In this document: in pieces, positions 55,592 to 64,000 of the stretch
Layout of the letters: each line of letters opens with the position of its first letter
How positions within the stretch are numbered: position 1 is the stretch's first letter
From: an uncultured Actinomycetota bacterium
GTDB taxonomy: Bacteria > Actinomycetota > Actinomycetes > Mycobacteriales > Mycobacteriaceae
Length of the DNA: 64,000 nucleotides
Direction of reading: 5' to 3'
Assembly (NCBI GenBank): GCA_963833915.1
Contig: CAWHZO010000003.1
Location: 43,592-107,591 of the forward strand
Notes under the pieces: model-generated
The model's database searches: none
The model's input: only the letters and a program-made list of their open reading frames with translations
What the model was told of the DNA's origin: nothing
Made by a program: the position numbers and the translations under genes

Positions 55592-57472
55592 TTAGATCGT
55601 GCTTGAGGTGAGAGCCTGGCTGTCGGCCAGGAAGGGCATGGGCATCCAGCGCGAGGAGAGCAGTGATTCCATCGCATTACCCGGCAGCGGGCGCGACAGC
55701 AAGTAACCCTGCGCTCGGTGACATCCGTGCCGCATCAGAGTCAGTGCGGCGGCCGGGGTCTCCACGCCCTCGGCTACCAGCTGTAGGTCGAAGGCTTCAG
55801 CGAGACCGATGATTGCCCGGACGATCGCCAGATCACGGCTACTGGTGCCCAGATCGCGAACGAAAGACGTGTCGATCTTGAGGGTGTCGACCGGCAGCGA
55901 CTTCAGGTGCGACAGGACGGCATATCCCGTGCCGAAATCGTCGATGGCGATCTGGACTCCGACTTCTTTCAACGCCTCGAGTGTCTTGCGGGTGGTGTCG
56001 ATGTCGCGAACCACGGCGCGCTCGGTGATCTCCAGACACACCGAGCCGGCATCAATGCCGAACTCGTCGATTGTTTCGGCGACGCTGCTGACAAAACCTC
56101 GGCCGACCAGTTGGGCGGGCGACACATTGATGCGCAATGTGATGTTCTGTCCGACGCCGTGCGAACGCCACCGGCTGAAGTCCGCCATCGCGCTTCGCAT
56201 CACCCATCGGCCCAATTCCGCACCCAGGTTGGCGGATTCGGCCACGCCGATGAACGATTCCGGCAGCAGCAGGCCCCACGTCGGATGCCGCCACCGGACC
56301 AGCGCCTCGGTGGCCACGATCGCGCCGGTCCACAGGTCGACCTCGGGCAGATAGTGCAGCAGCAGCGCGTCATTGTCGATTTCACCCGACAGGTGAAGTT
56401 CGATGTCGTTGCGGAAGAGCCGCTGCAACGACATGTCATCGTTGGAGACCGCCACGTTGTTGCCGCCTGCACGCTTGGCTATCAGGACGGCCTCATCCGC
56501 GCGATGAAGTAGGTCGCTGGTGCTGTCGCGTCCCGGCATACCCACCGCGGCGCCGACGCTGACAGTGCGGGTGATCATGTGGCCACCGATTGACATCCGA
56601 TCGCGCAGCGCCGCGCACAATTCGTCGGCAGTCTTCTCCGCCGTTTCGATCGACATCGACCGATCAGGGACGACGACGAACTCGTCGCCGCCGAGCCGAG
56701 CGGTCATGCTCTTGGCGCCGGCTTTCAACCGCAGTTGTTCGGCGAATGTCCGGATGAACCAGTCGCCGGCGGTATGGCCGAGGTAATCGTTGATCGACTT
56801 CAGTCGATCGAGGTCGAGGTACAGCACCGGGACGGGGCCGGGCTGACCCGGAGCGAGTCTTTCGGAAAGATGCGCGATCAACGCGCGGCGGTTGTGCAAA
56901 CCGGTGAGATCGTCGTGCTCCGCGAGGTCGCGAAGCTTCTCCTCGGCAGCGATCCGAGCCTGGAGTTGCGCGAGCAGCGATGCGACCGTCTGGATGGCAT
57001 TGAGCTCGTCGGTCCGCCATTTCTTCCGACGAAATTTCATGCAGGTCAGCTGGCCGGTGGTGACGCCCCCTGAGATCAGTGGCGCCACGGCTGCCGACGG
57101 CGACGTCATCCTGGAGGCGTCGAAGCCCCAACGGTCGTGCCCAGCCGCGATCCAGCGCGCATAGGCGGGATCGGACGACTCCGGCCGAATCACCGCCAAA
57201 CTCTTGCCGTGCTCGCACAACGCCAGAACCGGGTCGGCGCTGCTGAAGTGGGCAACAACCCAGGAATCCGGGACTGAGCCGTCGCGTTTCGGTGGCCATG
57301 CCGCGACCAACTTCGAAACCCTGATCTTGTGGTCGTTATGGCGCAGAAAAGCAGCATCGATATCGAGATTCTCAACGAGCTCGGCGAGTACCTGGTTGTT
57401 CACCTCGGCAACGGTCGACGCGGTCGTCTCCATTAACCGGGTGGCGACGCGGGTGACCAGATTGCGTGGCAA
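55592..57472 (-). CDS. GAF-GGDEF-EAL cyclic-di-GMP turnover protein (Rv1354c-like)
   Basis: GGDEF (RLGGDEFVV), EAL (TEALVRW) and DDFGTGY motifs. The proposed TTG start at 57472 is preceded by ggaggag and gives 626 aa. The long 5' part of ORF ..57727 is unsupported. Confidence 0.8.
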   Translation of the reverse strand: MPRNLVTRVATRLMETTASTVAEVNNQVLAELVENLDIDAAFLRHNDHKIRVSKLVAAWPPKRDGSVPDSWVVAHFSSADPVLALCEHGKSLAVIRPESSDPAYARWIAAGHDRWGFDASRMTSPSAAVAPLISGGVTTGQLTCMKFRRKKWRTDELNAIQTVASLLAQLQARIAAEEKLRDLAEHDDLTGLHNRRALIAHLSERLAPGQPGPVPVLYLDLDRLKSINDYLGHTAGDWFIRTFAEQLRLKAGAKSMTARLGGDEFVVVPDRSMSIETAEKTADELCAALRDRMSIGGHMITRTVSVGAAVGMPGRDSTSDLLHRADEAVLIAKRAGGNNVAVSNDDMSLQRLFRNDIELHLSGEIDNDALLLHYLPEVDLWTGAIVATEALVRWRHPTWGLLLPESFIGVAESANLGAELGRWVMRSAMADFSRWRSHGVGQNITLRINVSPAQLVGRGFVSSVAETIDEFGIDAGSVCLEITERAVVRDIDTTRKTLEALKEVGVQIAIDDFGTGYAVLSHLKSLPVDTLKIDTSFVRDLGTSSRDLAIVRAIIGLAEAFDLQLVAEGVETPAAALTLMRHGCHRAQGYLLSRPLPGNAMESLLSSRWMPMPFLADSQALTSSTI

Positions 57473-57739
57473 GGTCTCCTCCGATGTGATGCCTAGCTCG
57501 GGGTGCCGCGTCGGGTGTCTGGTCCGCAGTATTAAACGGTGGTCTAATCGGTATCGAGGTCGTGCGCAGCAGTTCGCGAAGTATATACGCCCACGATCTG
57601 CCACGTCGGCGTAAGCGATGTGCTGGGCGGCCACGCCGGCAATGAGTGACGGAATCAATGTTTTCCGTTGTCTGAGGCAAAGAATTCGGTGATCGAAATT
57701 CTCGCCAGGGACTCGTCTTCTCTGCACTACCTCGAAACG

Positions 57740-58711
57740 TCAGGGTTTGCTGCGCCCCGAGCGGCTGAGCCGCCACTCGGGCGGGAAGTTCAGGTCGTTG
57801 TCCTTCACCACGTTGTTCAGGCCCTGTTCGAAGGTGCCTTCGGTGAGGTCGACGTCGTTATTCCGGTCGTTGTGAATTAGCGGGAGCATGCCCTCGACCA
57901 TGCCGGTGAGCAGGCTGCCGAAGTATTCGCCCTTGTGCTGCTTATATAACTCGAGGAAGGTCTTCTGCACTGCGACGGTGTCGGTCGGCCGAGAACGTGA
58001 GCACGCCGTCGCGTATTTCAACGTCTCTTCTTCCAGTTTCTCCCGCGGCACGACACTGTTCAAGAAGCCACATTCATACATCTCTTTCGCGGTGAAAGGC
58101 CTTCCGGTGAAGAGCATTTCGGAGAACTTACGCAAGCCCATGGTTTCTGCCCACCACCACAGCCGCGGACCCCACCCCACGTAGCGAAACGCCGGGTGGC
58201 CGAACAGCGCATCGTCGGAGGAGATAACCAGGTCGGCGTCGCCGGCCTGATAGAAATGCCAGCCGTAGCAATAGCCCTTGGCCTCGACGATGCTGATCTT
58301 GCGAAGTTCTTGAAGCGGCCGGTTGCCGGCGCGGGCTTTGGCGTAGAAGTCGGTGACGGTGGACAGATAGCGGTATGAGTCGCCCGGCGGGTACTTGACT
58401 TCGTCGTCATTGATCGCGACTTCATGCAGCAGTGGCATACCCGGTTTCTCCAGCATCCCCCGCTGTTCGGGCAGATCGCCGCCGCTGCCGAAATCCTCTC
58501 CCTCGCCGCGGATCACGACAACTTTGACGTCGTCGTCGACGTTGCATTTGTGGATCAGGTCGGCGTAGTGCTGCCGCATGCCCAGCGTGGTCGCGTTTTG
58601 CGCGTCAGGACGGTCGAAGGTGATGTAGGCGATCCTGTTCTTGACGTCCTTCTCGAACTTGATCAGTGGTTCGGCGTCCCTCTTCATTTGTTCGTAGTCG
58701 TACTCAGGCAT
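57740..58711 (-). CDS. Enoyl-CoA hydratase/isomerase (crotonase) family protein
   Basis: 323 aa. AYITFDRPDAQNA...VVVIRGEGEDFGSGGDL is a crotonase signature. Confidence 0.8.
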   Translation of the reverse strand: MPEYDYEQMKRDAEPLIKFEKDVKNRIAYITFDRPDAQNATTLGMRQHYADLIHKCNVDDDVKVVVIRGEGEDFGSGGDLPEQRGMLEKPGMPLLHEVAINDDEVKYPPGDSYRYLSTVTDFYAKARAGNRPLQELRKISIVEAKGYCYGWHFYQAGDADLVISSDDALFGHPAFRYVGWGPRLWWWAETMGLRKFSEMLFTGRPFTAKEMYECGFLNSVVPREKLEEETLKYATACSRSRPTDTVAVQKTFLELYKQHKGEYFGSLLTGMVEGMLPLIHNDRNNDVDLTEGTFEQGLNNVVKDNDLNFPPEWRLSRSGRSKP

Positions 58712-58945
58712 TAGTCATCTCCGCCTCGGTGGTTGATTGTTTGAGCAAGCCGCCCGCGTCGACGGGAAGCGAGACGCCTGTGATGTAACGAGGTTCATCA
58801 GAGGCGAGGAACAGGATGGCGTTGCTGCTACACCGGTACTCATCGTCACGAAATCTTGCCTTTCGCCACAACTTCGGAGATCCGGTTGCGCCGGGTTCCG
58901 AATCGAGTGACCGGGTTAACTCTATTGCCGTAGAGAACCATATGA
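58704..58945 (-). pseudogene. SDR C-terminal fragment (frameshifted, 5'-truncated)
   Basis: NAILFLASDEPRYITGVSLPVDAGGLLK is an SDR C-terminus. An upstream piece, NRVNPV, lies in another frame. There is no Rossmann N-terminus, and the TetR gene ends at 58970. Confidence 0.5.
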
Positions 58946-58969
58946 GCATGCATTGGGCAAGACTCGTGT

Positions 58970-59695
58970 CTATGGCAGTGGCGATGATCGTCTGCGGCGT
59001 GGTTGCGGCGAGGCGCCGTCGCGGGTGAGTCGTCCCTGTTGGTCGCTGCCCAAGACGCCGGCGACGATGGCCGACAGAACGCCGTCGAGCTGTTCGGGGC
59101 TGTCGATGATCCGGTCACCATGGGCCAGTCGCAGCAAGAGCCCGTTGATGAAGGTCATCATGACGTTGCTCAGGTCGTCGACGACGGCGGGATCCAGATC
59201 AGCGCCATGCGGTAGCAACTGCACCAGGATGTCGTGGTGCAACTTGGTGAAGGCGTCGGTGGCACGCTGCAAGGTTGCCGCGATCGTCGGATCGCGGGTC
59301 GCCTGCATGGTCAGCTCGTAGCGCGCCTTGGTGCGACTCAGCTGCGGCTCCTCCCCGGACTGGATGACGAACGTGGCCAGCGTGGAGGCCGACGATCCGT
59401 CGTCGAGGCCGGTGCTGTCGGCGACCGCCTGCAACGTGGCCAGGTCGAGCTCGGCCATCCGCTCGGCAACCGCACGCAACAGGGCCGAGCGGGTGCGGAA
59501 GTAGAACGAGGTCGTGCCGTCGGGAACACCGGCATGCGCGTCGACTTTCAGATGGCTCAGGCCCTTGGCGCCGTGCTCGGCCAGCAGTTCGATCGCCGCG
59601 TCGCACAGTTCGCGGCGGCGCTGATCGGGATTGGGCTTGCGTCTCTTCTGTATGCCGGCAGTGTAGCGGCCGGTCACCCGCGGTTTTGGTGTCAA
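58970..59695 (-). CDS. TetR family transcriptional regulator
   Basis: 241 aa with HTH (GAKGLSHLKVDAHAGVPDGTTSFYFRTRSAL). Confidence 0.85.
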   Translation of the reverse strand: MTPKPRVTGRYTAGIQKRRKPNPDQRRRELCDAAIELLAEHGAKGLSHLKVDAHAGVPDGTTSFYFRTRSALLRAVAERMAELDLATLQAVADSTGLDDGSSASTLATFVIQSGEEPQLSRTKARYELTMQATRDPTIAATLQRATDAFTKLHHDILVQLLPHGADLDPAVVDDLSNVMMTFINGLLLRLAHGDRIIDSPEQLDGVLSAIVAGVLGSDQQGRLTRDGASPQPRRRRSSPLP

Positions 59696-59767
59696 AGCAG
59701 ATCCGAGCGGTGAGCTAGGTTTTCGTTCGGCTCCAGGCTACTCTATATTCGTAGTGTCAGCCGAAAA

Positions 59768-60358
59768 TTGTGCAACACGTCGAACGGACAACATGTGGCC
59801 GCTCCCGCCAGCCCGCTCAAGCAAGCGCATCGCACGGTTCAGCTGCCGGGCGCAGCAGCGCCGCGTCCGGCCCCCGAGGTTCTCCGCCGATATCACTTCC
59901 AGGTGGTCGCCGCGAATGTCACCGACGCGGTGATGTCGATCGGCGGGCTGATCTTTGATCGGGCGATGGCGGGATGGGATGTCAGCGTCGTGGTCGACGC
60001 AGAGACTGCTCGCGGCATTGACGACCGGCCGATCAGGATTCTGGGCGGCAAGGTCACCAGCCTGGTAGGGGGCCCGAACCGCGCGGAGATGCTGCCCCGT
60101 CCGCACATGCTTGCCGTCGCCACCGACGTGATGGTCAAAAGCGAGGCGGTCCGCCGGCGGGTGCTCGCGGCCGGCAACGACAACGCGACCGATGTGCTGC
60201 TCTGGGGTCGACACCACCCGCCCGAACGGAACTGCAGGTTCGTCCCGGTCCGGCACCGACCGAGCGCGGCCGCGCAGGCATTCAAGTCGCATGCCCTGGC
60301 GGCCGGCGGAGCGATTGCCGTGCACCAGGCCGACGAGGGTTTCTACTCGATGGCCTGA
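59768..60358 (+). CDS. Hypothetical protein
   Basis: 196-aa ORF divergent from the TetR gene. The N-terminal core FQVVAANVTDAVMSIGGLIFD is faintly LmbE/PIG-L-like but lacks the HPDD motif. The start is uncertain. Confidence 0.45.
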   Translation: MCNTSNGQHVAAPASPLKQAHRTVQLPGAAAPRPAPEVLRRYHFQVVAANVTDAVMSIGGLIFDRAMAGWDVSVVVDAETARGIDDRPIRILGGKVTSLVGGPNRAEMLPRPHMLAVATDVMVKSEAVRRRVLAAGNDNATDVLLWGRHHPPERNCRFVPVRHRPSAAAQAFKSHALAAGGAIAVHQADEGFYSMA

Positions 60359-60361
60359 CCG

Positions 60362-62226
<1,865 letters not shown>

Positions 62227-62227
62227 T

Positions 62228-62890
62228 ATGCGACTCTGGGTCGCCATGGTGGTTTTCCTGCTGCTCGCCGCATGCGCTCACCCGGGTGAACGTGCGCCGA
62301 CGCCTTCGGTCAAGGCGGCGGCACGCCACGTCAACCCCGTCAACATCAGGCGGGTGCGACGAGAACTACCGCCCGGCTACGAGGTGGCCGCGGTTTCGGA
62401 TGTGGCTGCGCCGCAAGTTATTTGGGGTCTCAGCGGGGCCGGCGTTGCGAGTCCGACGCGCTGCGCGGCGCTGGCTGACCCGGCCGGCGGTCATGGGAAA
62501 GGCGCTCAAGGCATTTCGGGATCGGGTGCGGGCGGCACCGTGTACGCGGTGGTCGTCGCGGCTCCGACTGGCCCGCTGGCGCTGGATCAGTCTCTGGTAG
62601 CCCAGTGCCGCCAGTGGAGCATGACCGGGCGGCGTGCCAGCGTGCGTGTTCATCTCGTCCATCCGCCCCACATCGATGCCGCCGAAACCCTTGGCATGGC
62701 GGCCGAAATCTCGACATCAGTAGAAGGCGGCAATGAAATCGCGTCCCGAGCAAGCACTTTCATCGCGTATTTGGGCGAATACTTCGCGTTCACCACGCTG
62801 ATCAGCGACCCCGGCTCGCCGGATCCGGCGCTCACGACGCAGTTCGCCGCCGATCTGTTGGTGAAGACGGTGTCGGCCTTACGCGGCTGA
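62228..62890 (+). CDS. Lipoprotein (Rv0999-like)
   Basis: Signal peptide plus lipobox (LLAAC). 220 aa. Paralogous to the next gene. Confidence 0.7.
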   Translation: MRLWVAMVVFLLLAACAHPGERAPTPSVKAAARHVNPVNIRRVRRELPPGYEVAAVSDVAAPQVIWGLSGAGVASPTRCAALADPAGGHGKGAQGISGSGAGGTVYAVVVAAPTGPLALDQSLVAQCRQWSMTGRRASVRVHLVHPPHIDAAETLGMAAEISTSVEGGNEIASRASTFIAYLGEYFAFTTLISDPGSPDPALTTQFAADLLVKTVSALRG

Positions 62891-62906
62891 GGGTTGGTGC
62901 GTTAGA

Positions 62907-63572
62907 TTGGCCCGGATGATGCGGATGGCGGTAGCGATCGGAGGTGCCTGCCTCGTGGCGGCGTGCTCTCACGGCTCGTCGGAGACGGTCCCCACCGCCG
63001 ATATCGCGAAGATTTCCCAGCTGAAGTCGGCCTTCGGACCGGAATACAAGGTCAAGGACACCTCGAAGACCGCCATCGATCCCAAGGTGCTGTCGGCGCA
63101 CAAGCTTCCGCCGGGGCTGAAGTTCAATCCGCCGGACTGCGCGAGTTCTGTGGTTCCTGAGGAGACCCCACCTGGCTTACAGGGGAACATGGCCGCGGTG
63201 TCCGCCGAGGGCAACGGTAATCGCTTCATCGTGATGGCCGTGCAGACGTCGGCGCCGGTGCCGTTCACCGAGCCGGGCCGAAACTGCCTGAAGGTGGGGT
63301 TCGAGGGGGGCCGGGTGCGCGGACTCAAGGAGGTCGTTGAGGTGCCGCAGATCGCGGGGACGCAAACCCTTGGAGTGCGCACCCTCATTCAAACGGTGGT
63401 GCAAGGAAAGAAGCGCAGCGGCGAGCTGTACAACTACACCGCGCATTTCGGCGACTATCAGGTGATCGTCACCGCCAACCCGCAGTTGAAGCCCGGCCAG
63501 CACTCCACACCCGTCGACACCGCGAGGGCCCGCGACCTGCTCGTCAAGGGCGTCGCGGCAATCAAGGGCTGA
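62907..63572 (+). CDS. Lipoprotein, tandem paralog of 62228..62890
   Basis: Signal peptide plus lipobox (LVAAC). Similar length and C-terminus (ARDLLVKGVAAIKG versus AADLLVKTVSALRG). Confidence 0.7.
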   Translation: MARMMRMAVAIGGACLVAACSHGSSETVPTADIAKISQLKSAFGPEYKVKDTSKTAIDPKVLSAHKLPPGLKFNPPDCASSVVPEETPPGLQGNMAAVSAEGNGNRFIVMAVQTSAPVPFTEPGRNCLKVGFEGGRVRGLKEVVEVPQIAGTQTLGVRTLIQTVVQGKKRSGELYNYTAHFGDYQVIVTANPQLKPGQHSTPVDTARARDLLVKGVAAIKG

Positions 63573-63575
63573 CTT

Positions 63576-64000
63576 CTACCGAACGTCTTTGGGCCTGAAC
63601 TGAAGACTGACCCGCGGCCCGCTGCAGGCCGACGTCTTGGGGACCGAGTGTTCCCAGGTTCGCTGGCACGAGCCGCCCATCACCAGTAGATCGCCGTGAG
63701 CCTGCGGCAGCCGCAACGATGAGCCGCCCCCGCGGGGCCGCAACGCGAACGTGCGGGTAGCGCCGAGGCTGACGATCGCCACCATGGTGTCCTGGGTGCT
63801 GCTGCGGCCGATGGTGTCGCCGTGCCACGCCACACTGTCGGACCCGTCGCGATACCAGCACAGGCCGACGGTGGTGAACGGCTCGCCCAACTCGCCGGCG
63901 TAGATGTCGTTGAGACGGCGGCGTAGCCGGGCCAGCCGCGGATGCGGCGGATCCTCGACGGCCAAGTCGTGGAAGCTCACCAGCCGGGGCACATCGAGCA
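63576..64000 (-). CDS. AlkB-like 2OG-Fe(II) oxygenase (Rv1000c-like), 5' end outside the window
   Basis: HxD (AWHGDTIG), distal His (WEHSVPK) and RVSLQFR motifs. The ORF is open to the window edge. Confidence 0.75.
   Translation of the reverse strand, partial: LDVPRLVSFHDLAVEDPPHPRLARLRRRLNDIYAGELGEPFTTVGLCWYRDGSDSVAWHGDTIGRSSTQDTMVAIVSLGATRTFALRPRGGGSSLRLPQAHGDLLVMGGSCQRTWEHSVPKTSACSGPRVSLQFRPKDVR

Overview
The window reads as a high-GC chromosomal segment of a slow-growing Mycobacterium. The call rests on gene order and protein motifs only; no database search was possible. Gene order follows the M. tuberculosis Rv0953c-Rv1000c region: LLM oxidoreductase, Rv0954-like protein, perM, purN, purH, Rv0958/Rv0959-like ATPase plus VWA pair, the echA7-fadE12-accA2-accD2-fadE13-Rv0976c-like operon, rpmF, mprA-mprB-pepD-moaB2, mscL, Rv0990c-like/ruc, a 5-formyl-THF cyclo-ligase, galU, moeA, rimJ, an Rv0996-like protein, tRNA-Ala, then an Rv0998-like cNMP-regulated acetyltransferase, two lipoproteins and an AlkB-like oxygenase. 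Between tRNA-Ala (35.4 kb) and the Rv0998-like gene (61.2 kb) lies a roughly 25 kb mosaic accessory region. It starts with a truncated tyrosine integrase cut by an IS3 transposase remnant. It then carries a TetR/membrane-protein cassette with a double palindromic operator and a very GC-rich SABATH-like methyltransferase, followed by a run of decayed genes (resolvase, methyltransferase, DUF1508, alpha/beta hydrolase). Next come a metal ABC importer, an orphan restriction-endonuclease-fold gene, a desA3/reductase pair and a signalling-rich block (PAS-ANTAR, two stand-alone PAS proteins, GAF-GGDEF-EAL, three TetR). Other notable items are two MIRU-like tandem repeats, one setting the PerM stop codon and one encoding a translationally coupled mini-ORF between fadE13 and accD2. 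There are also MprA-box direct repeats before mprA and pepD, a CIRCE-like element before ruc, and a PPE protein with a SHOCT-like C-terminus. I found no clear new multi-gene system; the best candidates for follow-up are listed as findings. Many long ORFs in the track are antisense or off-frame artefacts of high GC and were ignored.
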